From an uncultured Dehalococcoidia bacterium (GTDB lineage Bacteria; Chloroflexota; Dehalococcoidia; Lucifugimonadales; CATQGZ01), in assembly GCA_964570875.1 (NCBI GenBank), contig CAZMZE010000012.1:9948-73947 (forward strand): DNA of 64,000 nt. The letters run 5' to 3'. Positions 29,994 through 39,316 of the stretch are shown here, piece after piece. The translations under genes were made by a program, and so were the position numbers. Each line of letters starts with the position of its first letter. Positions within the stretch are counted from its first letter, which is position 1. Below the pieces are notes generated by a model. It worked only from the letters and a program-made list of their open reading frames with translations, was not told the DNA's origin and ran no database searches.

Positions 29994-30848
29994 ATGCAAA
30001 TAGTCAATCAGCAGTTTGAACCTCTGATTGACTATTTGTGCAAGTGCGCCCCGCACACCAGCAAGGCACAACTAACCCACAAAACAAGTCTTGTCGAATA
30101 TTGGGAAGTAAGCGCGGGATACCGGATCTTGGAAATAGGATGCGGCCAAGGGGACACTACAATAGCACTGGCGCACGCAGTCGGAAATTCTGGACATGTT
30201 ATTGCGATCGACAAAGAATCCCCAAACTACGGTACACCTACCAATCTAAAAGATTCTCATGATGCCATAGGCAGATCACCGTTGGGGAAATATGTTACTT
30301 TCCATACTAGGGCTAATATTCTAGATAGTCACTGGGATTTTCCACCTCGCCATTTTGACCTGGCTGTTTTTTCGAACTGTTCTTGGTATATGGATGAAGT
30401 GCAAACTTTGAAATTACTATTCGCGAGGGTAAGGCCCTGGTGCAAAAGACTAGGGTTTGCTGAATGGCATCCAGTACCTGAAAACAAACATCAATTTCCC
30501 CATTTGCTGGCCTCTATACTCCAATCAACCATCCGTACTCATTGGCCAGATTCAGAAATGGGTAATGTCGCTTCTTTGATCACCTCCAATTCAGCTAAAT
30601 CTATGGCTGAAAGCACTGGTTGGAAAGTATTAAAGGACCAATTAACGTCTTCATCAACTGAACTTGAGGATGGTAAAGAGTGGGAAATCGCCGAGGCTTT
30701 AGATATGGCTGACAAGATTACCAGTATTGGGAATAAGTTATCTTCTAAGACAATCAGTTCTATCTCATCTCAGGCAGATATATTGGATCTGCTATCAAAT
30801 AGTGAGCAGTTGGAATCTCTCCCAAGTCACGTATTTCTGGCTGAGTAA
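29994..30848 (+). CDS. SAM-dependent methyltransferase-like protein
   Basis: It has motif I ILEIGCGQGDTT followed by VIAIDKES. The C-terminal half has no motif I recognise. Confidence 0.65.
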   Translation: MQIVNQQFEPLIDYLCKCAPHTSKAQLTHKTSLVEYWEVSAGYRILEIGCGQGDTTIALAHAVGNSGHVIAIDKESPNYGTPTNLKDSHDAIGRSPLGKYVTFHTRANILDSHWDFPPRHFDLAVFSNCSWYMDEVQTLKLLFARVRPWCKRLGFAEWHPVPENKHQFPHLLASILQSTIRTHWPDSEMGNVASLITSNSAKSMAESTGWKVLKDQLTSSSTELEDGKEWEIAEALDMADKITSIGNKLSSKTISSISSQADILDLLSNSEQLESLPSHVFLAE

Positions 30849-30895
30849 TGTTGCGGTCATCTGGTAAGCTGCAAAAGCACCAAGAGAAGTTGTTC

Positions 30896-31588
30896 TCAGG
30901 GCCGCTCACCTTTATCTACCGGTCTTGCTTTGATTCTTTCTTCCATGGGTACGTGCGACACATCTCCGAAACGGTTAATTTGCCATAATGCCTTGTTGAA
31001 CATGCTGCTGTCTTTGTTGCTCCATTGCTGTTTGTCTATTGTGAAGTCGTATACAGCAGTGTTTCCGAGAGGTGTGGTCCACAGCTTTTCTGTCGCTAGA
31101 ACCACAGATATTATCTGAAGAAGGAACCCGCCATGGGTAAAAACTACAAGCACATCATGTTGATCATGCGTCTCAATTAACCATCCTACTAATTTTCTTG
31201 CTCGCTGTCTCTGCTCCAGAAAAGACTCTGCGCCTTCAACTTTTGACCAATCTTGTGACTGTTCTAGGTCTTTAGCCATGATTGGATACTCCGCTTTGGC
31301 TTCTGCCCAAGTGAGCCCGGAGAAAACGCCAATATCATGCTCTTTCAATGTATCCAGATACATTATTTGCAGTCGCCAGCTCCTAGATGCAATTTTTGCC
31401 GTTTCAGCTGTTCGGCTCAGAGGGCTGGAGAAAATCCGTGTTGGACTCAAGTTATCATTCAATAACCCAGCATGAAGGTGTTCTGCCTGCTGTCTACCTC
31501 TATCTGACAGAGGGAAATCTGCGTGACCTTGCATACGCCCTTCTGCATTGGCAACTGACTCCGCATGCCTAACAAATATTAATCTCAT
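30896..31588 (-). CDS. histidine phosphatase (phosphoglycerate-mutase-like) family protein
   Basis: It has LIFVRHAESVAN (RHG-type motif), SPLSRTAETA and VVFTHGGF. The start overlaps the pyrE stop (4 nt). Confidence 0.85.
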   Translation of the reverse strand: MRLIFVRHAESVANAEGRMQGHADFPLSDRGRQQAEHLHAGLLNDNLSPTRIFSSPLSRTAETAKIASRSWRLQIMYLDTLKEHDIGVFSGLTWAEAKAEYPIMAKDLEQSQDWSKVEGAESFLEQRQRARKLVGWLIETHDQHDVLVVFTHGGFLLQIISVVLATEKLWTTPLGNTAVYDFTIDKQQWSNKDSSMFNKALWQINRFGDVSHVPMEERIKARPVDKGERP

Positions 31589-32160
31589 CTGGACTCCTGC
31601 TTTGAGCTAGGTACTATTTCACCTTTTCCATCGTACTCCAAAAGCGAAGCGAAATCATATCCTCTAGATTTTATCTCGGTACTTCCTCCCTCAAGGCGAT
31701 CCAATACACAAAGAACTTTTACCACAGTACATCCCGCATTTTCAATCATTTGTATAGAATGCAACAAGCTTGATCCACTGGTACATGCATCATCTACTAC
31801 CGCTATTCTTGATCCTTTAACCAAGGGGCCTTCAATAACTTTACCACCGCCATAATTTTTTGCTTGCTTTCTAACTATGAGCCCTTGAACTGGCTTGCCG
31901 ATTAAGTGACTTGTTACTGCTACTGCAGCCACAATTGGATCTGCTCCCAATGTGGGTCCAGCTATTGCCTCTGCCTTACACTCTACAAGTATTGGCATAA
32001 ATGCTTGTGCTATAAGGGATGCGCCTTCTGGATGTAACGTGAGAAGCCTGCCATCGAAGTAATATTTGCTTTCTGCTCCTGATGATAGTGTAAACTGTCC
32101 GAATTGCAGCGCTCCTAACCGTTTAGCTATGTCCAATATTTCTGAATATGATTGATTCAC
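31585..32160 (-). CDS. pyrE: orotate phosphoribosyltransferase
   Basis: It has GALQFGQFTLSSGAESKYYFDGR and the PRPP loop IAVVDDACTSGSS. Confidence 0.9.
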   Translation of the reverse strand: MNQSYSEILDIAKRLGALQFGQFTLSSGAESKYYFDGRLLTLHPEGASLIAQAFMPILVECKAEAIAGPTLGADPIVAAVAVTSHLIGKPVQGLIVRKQAKNYGGGKVIEGPLVKGSRIAVVDDACTSGSSLLHSIQMIENAGCTVVKVLCVLDRLEGGSTEIKSRGYDFASLLEYDGKGEIVPSSKQESR

Positions 32161-32193
32161 GAATGTCCTCTCTTTAGTTTGATTTTCCGTAAA

Positions 32194-32844
32194 CTATCCA
32201 ATACATTCAGCCTCTGGTTGTTGATTAATTTTTTTGTATAAATTACATGAATTTATGTAATCGGCTACACTCTTGTGTACAAGGTGGCCTATTGGTCTCT
32301 CCATAGCTACTCTTTCCCTTATTTCCCGTGCGCTGATATCAAGTAGCGGTCCTTCTATTATTACTGGTTGGTTTTCTTCAGGAAACATTTTCATTAGGTC
32401 TATAATATCCACAGCCTCAACCCCCGGTCTTTTTATCCCAATTATTTGAGCCAATTTAACCACCCGCTCAGGATTTCTCCATAGATGAAGCTCTTTGAGA
32501 GCATCTTCCCCAAGTATTAAATAAAATTCTGTCTGGTCGTCATTCATGCTGTTAAGTTGTTCAAGCGTGTCCACAGTGAACGTCGGGCCAAGTCTTTTAA
32601 TTTCTATGTCCGAAACCAATAGCCATGCTTCAGACTCGGCCGCCAAATTAGCCATTGCAAGCCTTTGATAGGAATCGCCAACAGGCTTGACTTGACGTAA
32701 CCATGGTTGTCCAGCGGGGATCAATATAATGTAGTCCAGATTCAGGACAGATCTTGCACTGCGTGCAATGGCTAGATGACCCATATGAATTGGATCAAAT
32801 GTACCGCCTAGTATTCCAATTCTCTTTTTTACTCCCAATCCCAC
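32194..32844 (-). CDS. nadD: nicotinate-nucleotide adenylyltransferase
   Basis: It has GILGGTFDPIHMGHL and ISAREIRE (ISST-like) motifs. It overlaps the obg 3' end by 16 nt. Confidence 0.9.
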   Translation of the reverse strand: MGLGVKKRIGILGGTFDPIHMGHLAIARSARSVLNLDYIILIPAGQPWLRQVKPVGDSYQRLAMANLAAESEAWLLVSDIEIKRLGPTFTVDTLEQLNSMNDDQTEFYLILGEDALKELHLWRNPERVVKLAQIIGIKRPGVEAVDIIDLMKMFPEENQPVIIEGPLLDISAREIRERVAMERPIGHLVHKSVADYINSCNLYKKINQQPEAECIG

Positions 32845-34091
32845 TCCATGTTTTCTATCTTTACGGTATCCCCTGGCTTTATACCTGCATCATAAAGTGC
32901 TTGTACGATCCCCTTCTTTCTTAAATAAGCGTAGAATTGTGTCATTGCTTCCCAATTATTTTGGTCTACCATAGCAGCTATGCGGGCAGCTGATGGCATA
33001 TTGACAATAAATGTGCCATTTGAAACTTCTATCGACAACCTATTAACTGGTGGTTTGCTCTGAATCAGTATCGGACTTCTATCCTCTGTGGATTTATCAA
33101 CTTTTTCCTCCTCGGATAGGCATGTCAAAACCTCATCTAAAAGCTTGCCAATCCCGTACCCGGTAACTGCAGAAATATCTACTACTGATTGAAATGACTC
33201 TGAAATTTGATCTTTTAAGAGGTTTATCTTGGAAAATGCTTCATCAATATCTACCTTGTTGATTGCTATTACTTGAGGCCTATCTATAAGGCTTTTCCCA
33301 TACATTGAGAGTTCTCTGTTGATTTTGTCCAGTTCCCTTATTGGTTCTTCTACTGTCCCATCCACCACATGTACTAGTATCTTTGTTCTTTCTATATGTC
33401 TTAAAAAATCGTCGCCCAAGCCCACTCCTTGATGTGCTCCTTCAATCAATCCAGGAATATCTGCAACTACAAACGACTTTCCCTTGTGCTCAACTACGCC
33501 TAACACAGGCTCAAGTGTTGTGAAAGGATATGCGGCTATTTTGGGTCGAGCCCGACTTATTACAGACACGAGGCTAGACTTACCTGCATTTGGTGATCCG
33601 ATGATACCTACATCAGCTATAACTTTCAGATCAAGCCTCAAGCGCCTAGGCACTCCATTTTGACCTTTTTCTGATAGTACAGGATATTGGTTAACAGATG
33701 TAGCGAATGCAATATTTCCTCTTCCGCCCGACCCCCCCTGAGCTACAATAATTCTATCTCCTTCTGTATCTAGATCTCCTAACAACTCCTCTTTGCCATC
33801 TACTTTCCACACTTCCGTACCTACCGGAACTGATATTGTTATATCATTCCCATTGCTCCCACTTTTTTTCCTTCCTGAGCCGTTGCCTCCATTTCCAGCA
33901 ACAAATTTTTCTGTCCGTTTATATCTTGCCAGAGACGACATATCCTTAACAGCGTGTAAAATAACGTCTCCACCATCTCCTCCATGACCTCCATCTGGTC
34001 CTCCGTGGGGCACATATTTTTCATGCCTGCCACTAATAGCACCATCTCCTCCGTTTCCAGATCTTATGTTGATAAATACTTGATCAATCAT
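32829..34091 (-). CDS. obg: GTPase Obg/CgtA
   Basis: It has the Gly-rich Obg fold (GGDGGHGGDGGDV), G1 GSPNAGKSS, G3 DIPGLIEGA, NKVD, and a C-terminal OCT domain. Confidence 0.95.
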   Translation of the reverse strand: MIDQVFINIRSGNGGDGAISGRHEKYVPHGGPDGGHGGDGGDVILHAVKDMSSLARYKRTEKFVAGNGGNGSGRKKSGSNGNDITISVPVGTEVWKVDGKEELLGDLDTEGDRIIVAQGGSGGRGNIAFATSVNQYPVLSEKGQNGVPRRLRLDLKVIADVGIIGSPNAGKSSLVSVISRARPKIAAYPFTTLEPVLGVVEHKGKSFVVADIPGLIEGAHQGVGLGDDFLRHIERTKILVHVVDGTVEEPIRELDKINRELSMYGKSLIDRPQVIAINKVDIDEAFSKINLLKDQISESFQSVVDISAVTGYGIGKLLDEVLTCLSEEEKVDKSTEDRSPILIQSKPPVNRLSIEVSNGTFIVNMPSAARIAAMVDQNNWEAMTQFYAYLRKKGIVQALYDAGIKPGDTVKIENMEWDWE

Positions 34092-34341
34092 TGTTAACTT
34101 AAAAGTAGATAATAATATATATTAATAATGCTGTGGATATGTTGCTTATAACTATTATATTCTCAAAATAGTTGGTTAAAGATGTGGTTTTAGTGTTGCT
34201 AATATGTTCGGAGATAACAGGATTACTAGAATATATTTAAATACAGTGGAATTGCGGGATGCTTATCTTTAAAGGTGTGGATAATTTATAGTCATTGGAC
34301 AATCAAATACACATCTAGTCAACATCTTACACCAATCCCTA
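34092..34341. other. candidate replication origin (oriC) / obg promoter region
   Basis: This is a 250-bp non-coding, AT-rich spacer directly downstream of dnaA. It has a perfect DnaA box TGTGGATAA (34276-34284), an 8/9 box TGTGGATAT (34122-34130), weaker TGTGGTTTT (34173-34181), and an almost pure A/T run at 34091-34120. Confidence 0.4.
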
Positions 34342-35721
34342 TCAGGACGATATCAGATTCCGAATGTTTGAAATATCTCTTTGAAGGGTAACATCTGTGT
34401 TCAACCTCTGTGATATTTTGGAGCAGTTCTTTATGACTGTTGAGTGATTCTTACCACCCAGGGCTTGACCAATTGCGGTAGGCCCCAAATCAGTGTCTGC
34501 TTTGATCAAGTGCATTGCTATTTGTCTTGCTAGAGCAACTTCTTTTCTACCACGAGGTCCCGTGATTGATGAGTAATCCACATTAAAGTATTCAGATACG
34601 GCCTCTATGATGTCATCTGCAGAACTCTGAGTTGGTTTATTATCAAGGTAAGTGTCTGATAACGCTTGCTGTGCTAGTTCGATTGACAAAGGTTTTTGGG
34701 TGATATCAGAGTAAGCAAAAACTCTGTTTAAACCCCCTTCAAGCTCCCGGATATTGTTACACAGTCTTTCGGCAAGAAAATCCATAACCACTGCTTCACA
34801 TTGACGCTTGGAGTCTTCCAATTTTTTGGACAATATTGCCATTCTAGTTTCGAGATCTGGGCGTTGGATATCAACAACGAGTCCGCCTGAGAGTCTCGAT
34901 CTGACCCTCCGCTCAAGAAGATTAAGCCTAGCCACTGGACGGTCACTTGTGATAACAATTTGCTTGTTTAGCATGTGCAGGGAGTTGAAAGTGTGGAAAA
35001 AACCTTCCTGGGTTTGCTCTTTTCCTATCAGGAATTGCACATCGTCTAGCAGCAGCATGTCCGCTCTACGATATCGATCGCGAAAGGATTCAGTATTGCC
35101 CTCTCGAATTGATCTGACGTATTCGTTAGTGAATTCTTCCGTGGTGATATATATGAAAGAAAGCCCTGCGGCGGCGGCGGCATGGCCGATCGAGTGGAGT
35201 AGGTGTGTTTTCCCGAGCCCGACGTCAGAGTAGATGGTGAGTGGGTTGTAAACTAGCCCCGGTTTTTTAGATACAGCTACACTGGCGGCATATGCCAATT
35301 CATTTGATTTACCAGATACGAAGGTATCGAATTGGTACTTTTTATTAAGTGAAATAAGCCTTTGAGGCATCTGGGTCTTCTTAGAATCCTGAATGTCTTT
35401 TTTGTGATGTTCTGTGGAAAGGGTGGAATGAGATTCGGGAGTCAATTCGCCCTGAGAGGTAACGATAAAACGGATGGCCAACTGGTTCTTTAGGACTTGA
35501 TTGACAGAGTCTGTTATCAAAGAGTACATTCGCTGCTCTAGCATTTCCGCTACGAACGTGCTGGGTGTACCTACTACTATATCGGTTTCGGATACCCTTA
35601 TTCCAACCGTGTCTTTGAGCCAAGTTTGAAAGCTAGGTCTGGTCACCTGAAGTTCGAGGTGACCCAGCACTGCGGACCAAATTTTGCGGGCATCCTGGGT
35701 CCCAAACGGGGACAGTGTCAT
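34342..35721 (-). CDS. dnaA: chromosomal replication initiator DnaA
   Basis: It has Walker A YSDVGLGKTHLLH, Walker B LLLDDVQF, sensor regions, and a C-terminal DNA-binding domain (ALARQIAMHL.. GGKNHSTV). Confidence 0.97.
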   Translation of the reverse strand: MTLSPFGTQDARKIWSAVLGHLELQVTRPSFQTWLKDTVGIRVSETDIVVGTPSTFVAEMLEQRMYSLITDSVNQVLKNQLAIRFIVTSQGELTPESHSTLSTEHHKKDIQDSKKTQMPQRLISLNKKYQFDTFVSGKSNELAYAASVAVSKKPGLVYNPLTIYSDVGLGKTHLLHSIGHAAAAAGLSFIYITTEEFTNEYVRSIREGNTESFRDRYRRADMLLLDDVQFLIGKEQTQEGFFHTFNSLHMLNKQIVITSDRPVARLNLLERRVRSRLSGGLVVDIQRPDLETRMAILSKKLEDSKRQCEAVVMDFLAERLCNNIRELEGGLNRVFAYSDITQKPLSIELAQQALSDTYLDNKPTQSSADDIIEAVSEYFNVDYSSITGPRGRKEVALARQIAMHLIKADTDLGPTAIGQALGGKNHSTVIKNCSKISQRLNTDVTLQRDISNIRNLISS

Positions 35722-35912
35722 AGAGCAATTTCCCTGAAAAATATTGAAGTCTTGGAGATTCTAGCATGGGCTCTACATTGGTGTTTCAAGGGGCAAAAAC
35801 ATCAGATTTCGACCAATATTTTTTAAGGAATAAACGAAGGATTGCTATAGACTAGTCTGTAGAGTCTTGTTTGGGATTTAGCGCATGGTACAGTGCTGCA
35901 GACCAAGAAGCG

Positions 35913-36911
35913 CTACATAATGCGGTCGAGCCGTGGATTTGTGGTAGGGCCAGGAATACGGCCTCTTTTGGAAATTGGCTTCTCATCAATTTCATGAATG
36001 TCTGCAGTGAAGTCATTTGGCGGAGCGCTCGATATGTAGCTACCAACTCCAAATCCGTCAACTGGCACATCTTTTTCGACGAAATCATTGATCCGTTGTG
36101 GCGTGAAACCTCCACTGACAAAAATCTCAACGTGGCGAAAACCAGCTTGGTCTAGCCTGACTCTCACTTCTCTTACCAAATCAGGTGTTACCCCGCCTCT
36201 TTCCTTCGGTGTGTCTAAGCGTACTCCACGTAATTTTTCTCGTAGTGCTTGAGCTACGTTGACAGATTCTTCAGCCTCGTCTTTGAATGTGTCTACAACA
36301 GCTATTCGAGGTACTTCAAGTGGCATATGTTTGTCAAAAGCCTGAATGGCAAGTACTGAATCACCAAGAATAAGAGGCAGGGCATGGGGTATGTTGCCAG
36401 AAGGAGTTATTCCTGCCAGCCGGGCTCCTAAGATGGTAGAGCATGATTGGCAACCCCCTATCACTGCAGAGTAGTCTATATTAGCTGCAACGTTAGGGTG
36501 AACGTGTCGAGCTGCGAGGGACACGACAGCGGTTGCTCTAGCCGCATCACAGCATTCCTTTGCAGCCGTGGCCCAACCACTAGAGGATGCAAGTATTCCA
36601 GATATTGTAGTTTCGTATAGTCCAAGCGATCCATAAGGAGCAGTGATCCGCAGAGCAGTTTCTTTAGCGCTTAAAGACGCCCCTTCTTCGAGAGCCCAAA
36701 CCTCACTACCAGTCTCCGGGAGAACTTTACCCAAAAGAGCTCGGACTTCTTTGATGCCACTAAAGATCCCTGAATGCTTAGGGGAAAATTCCATTGTAAC
36801 TATAGGATTGATGCCTTCGTTTCTCAAAACGGTCAGAGTACGTTGAAACGAAACGTCAGCAGTATCGCCTACTAGAATGGTCGGTCGAATGTCAAACTCA
36901 GGATTTACCAT
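35913..36911 (-). CDS. nicotinate phosphoribosyltransferase-like (type II PRTase family, short form)
   Basis: It has type II PRTase barrel features (VRLDTPKERGG, IFVSGGF, GFGVGSY) and is 332 aa. The substrate assignment is inferred. Confidence 0.7.
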   Translation of the reverse strand: MVNPEFDIRPTILVGDTADVSFQRTLTVLRNEGINPIVTMEFSPKHSGIFSGIKEVRALLGKVLPETGSEVWALEEGASLSAKETALRITAPYGSLGLYETTISGILASSSGWATAAKECCDAARATAVVSLAARHVHPNVAANIDYSAVIGGCQSCSTILGARLAGITPSGNIPHALPLILGDSVLAIQAFDKHMPLEVPRIAVVDTFKDEAEESVNVAQALREKLRGVRLDTPKERGGVTPDLVREVRVRLDQAGFRHVEIFVSGGFTPQRINDFVEKDVPVDGFGVGSYISSAPPNDFTADIHEIDEKPISKRGRIPGPTTNPRLDRIM

Positions 36912-37011
36912 ATTGTATATTTACGGCTAGCCCTTCCTTTTGATAATATCGCACCTGTGTATCGGAGTATTCCATCTGACTTATAGAGATTACCTTGGCA
37001 TTGGGGAAAGT

Positions 37012-37779
37012 TCAAGGGTTTGTATGAGATTGTTCCTTTTGGAGTAGTATCGAATTGGAGGCCTTCCTTAAGCCTCCAAATCTCAACCTTGCCAGGCCTT
37101 TTATATCCTCTAAAGCGGTTTTTAATATATTCACCCTGCTATCAGGGTCATCTCTCCATACAACTGGTAGCTCTTTGATCCTATAGCCGTTCTTTTCCGC
37201 TATTATCAAGAGTTCGGTATCAAAAAACCAGGCATTGTCTTTGACAAAGGGAATAAGCTCTCCAGCTGCGGTCTTGGATATCGCTTTGAAACCACATTGT
37301 GCATCGTGGAATCTAGTGAAAAATGAGATACGAATCATAAGGTTGTAGATACGTGATATCAGCTCCCTTTTGAGTTTGCGACCAATGACATTAGATTTCG
37401 TATCAAGTCGGGATCCTATGCAAAGATCGTATTCACCTGTTTCCAGAACGGAAACTAGATGTGGTAAGGCAGCTAGATCGGTGGACAAATCTACGTCCAT
37501 GTAACACATAATGTCGGCTTCGCTCTCCAACCAAGCCTTTTTGAGCGCTCGACCTCTACCGCGTTGCTTTAGATAGATGTAGCCAACATTTGATAGATTG
37601 ATCGAGAGGTCAACGCAAAGTTGTCTGGTTGAGTCCGTAGATCCATTATCGGCTATGAGAATACTCCACTTAAACTGGGATAGGTGACTGGTTGCAAAAG
37701 CATGCAACTTGTTGATGCTAGACACCAGGCCGCACTCTTCGTTGAGAACAGGAACTACTATATCAATAGACGCTGTCAT
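37012..37779 (-). CDS. family 2 glycosyltransferase (polyprenol-phosphate sugar synthase-like)
   Basis: It has VVPVLNEE, ADNGSTDST and MDVDLS (DxD) motifs. Confidence 0.85.
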   Translation of the reverse strand: MTASIDIVVPVLNEECGLVSSINKLHAFATSHLSQFKWSILIADNGSTDSTRQLCVDLSINLSNVGYIYLKQRGRGRALKKAWLESEADIMCYMDVDLSTDLAALPHLVSVLETGEYDLCIGSRLDTKSNVIGRKLKRELISRIYNLMIRISFFTRFHDAQCGFKAISKTAAGELIPFVKDNAWFFDTELLIIAEKNGYRIKELPVVWRDDPDSRVNILKTALEDIKGLARLRFGGLRKASNSILLQKEQSHTNP

Positions 37780-37791
37780 CTTTATAGGGAA

Positions 37792-39312
37792 TTAGTGTTT
37801 AAAATGCCTGGTTCCAGTGAAAACCATTGCCAATCCTAGTTCATCCGCGGCAGCTATGACTTCCTCATCTCTAATAGATCCCCCAGGTTGTGCTATGGCA
37901 GTTATACCTCCGCTTGCCGCCATCTCGATGTTATCAGCGAAAGGCATAAAAGCATCTGATGCTAAAACGCTTCCTTTGGATTTATTGCCAGCTATTCGGA
38001 GTGCCAAATGTATGCTGGTGACCCTGTTGGGTTGTCCTGTGCCCATACCAACCATAGTCAATTCATGGGCTAGAACTATAGCGTTGGACTTTATGTATCT
38101 AGCTGTGTTCCAAGCGAAAGCTAGATCATCCAATTGCTTAACAGATGGCTTGTTTTTAGTTTTTACTTGCCATGTACCAGGATCTTCGTTTATTTCATCA
38201 AATTCTTGGACTAGAGCTCCTCCTGAAACTGGTCTAACATCTAAACTGCCTGAAGGTAAGCCAGTGTTAGGTATACGTATAACACGTGTGTTTTTACGCT
38301 TGCTTAGAAACTCAATAGCTTCCGGCTCATAATCAGGCGCCACGATCACATCGTACATGACTCCGCGCATAGCTTTTGCAGTCGAAGCAGTGACGGGACG
38401 GTTGAACCCAACGATTCCACCGTAGGCTGATGTGGGATCTCCAGTAAACGCCCTTTCATATGCGGTTGGTTGGTCATCATGTATAGCAAGACCACACGGA
38501 TTATTGTGCTTGATAATTGCTACTGCGGGCTGAATGAAATTAGATACAATTCTCCATGCTGAATCCGCATCTAGAACATTGTTGAACGAAAGTTCTCCAC
38601 CGTGTATTTTCTGGGCCCCTACGATGCCTCCAGCAGATAAGATTTCAGTATATAGAGCAGCACTCTGATGAGGATTTTCTCCATATTTCAATTCTGCAAC
38701 TTTACTGAGCCCTATTGTTAACTCATCAGAGTAGCCGTCTTGGGTGGATAGGTACTTGGAAATGGCCGTGTCATAAAGGGCAACATGTTGAAAAGCTTTG
38801 TGTGCCAAGCGCTGTCGGTCATTTAAGGAAATAGGCCTGTTGTTAGCGAGTTGTTCTCCTACCCAATTGTAATCCACAGGATCTACGACAACAATTACGT
38901 GTGGGAAATTCTTAGCCGCGGCTCGAATTAGGGTAGGCCCCCCGATATCAATGTTTTCTAGAGCATCTTGCAGAGAAACATTGGCCTCTGTAACCGTTTT
39001 TACAAACGGGTAAAGATTGACAGCTACTAAATCGAAAGCACTAATATCATGTTGTGCCATCTGGTCGAGATGGCCAGAGATGTCCGGACGCGCTAGTATA
39101 CCTGCATGAACTTTTGGGTGCAATGTCTTCACACGGCCATCAAGAATTTCTGGAAATCCTGTTATGTCGGACACTTGCGTAACAGGTAAACCGGCATTGG
39201 CTATCACGCCACCTGTGCCACCTGTACTGACGATCTCAAATCCTGCTTTATTGATTGACTGACAGAATCCAATAAGACCATCTCTGTTAGAAACACTGAC
39301 AATAGCTCTCAT
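37792..39312 (-). CDS. purH: bifunctional AICAR formyltransferase / IMP cyclohydrolase
   Basis: It has an MGS-like N-terminal domain (ALVSVSN-type, GGT.., RVKTLHPKVHAGIL) and a C-terminal AICARFT domain ending in GTRHFKH. Confidence 0.97.
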   Translation of the reverse strand: MRAIVSVSNRDGLIGFCQSINKAGFEIVSTGGTGGVIANAGLPVTQVSDITGFPEILDGRVKTLHPKVHAGILARPDISGHLDQMAQHDISAFDLVAVNLYPFVKTVTEANVSLQDALENIDIGGPTLIRAAAKNFPHVIVVVDPVDYNWVGEQLANNRPISLNDRQRLAHKAFQHVALYDTAISKYLSTQDGYSDELTIGLSKVAELKYGENPHQSAALYTEILSAGGIVGAQKIHGGELSFNNVLDADSAWRIVSNFIQPAVAIIKHNNPCGLAIHDDQPTAYERAFTGDPTSAYGGIVGFNRPVTASTAKAMRGVMYDVIVAPDYEPEAIEFLSKRKNTRVIRIPNTGLPSGSLDVRPVSGGALVQEFDEINEDPGTWQVKTKNKPSVKQLDDLAFAWNTARYIKSNAIVLAHELTMVGMGTGQPNRVTSIHLALRIAGNKSKGSVLASDAFMPFADNIEMAASGGITAIAQPGGSIRDEEVIAAADELGLAMVFTGTRHFKH

Positions 39313-39316
39313 ATTA

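Noticed and set aside
35722-35912. The region upstream of dnaA, considered as the origin or a DnaA autoregulation site.
   Set aside because: No TTATCCACA/TGTGGATAA-like box (at 7/9 or better) is visible on either strand. The downstream spacer at 34092-34341 is the better candidate.
37817-38332. A 171-aa ORF antisense to purH. Similar long antisense ORFs occur at 1251-1661 (carB), 34808-35233 (dnaA), 47311-47754 (uvrA), 58056-58499 (RNase II) and 29209-29625.
   Set aside because: Each lies fully inside a strongly supported gene on the opposite strand. The translations are Ser/Arg/Pro/Thr-rich and low-complexity with no motifs, and no SD precedes them. This is typical shadow-ORF behaviour.
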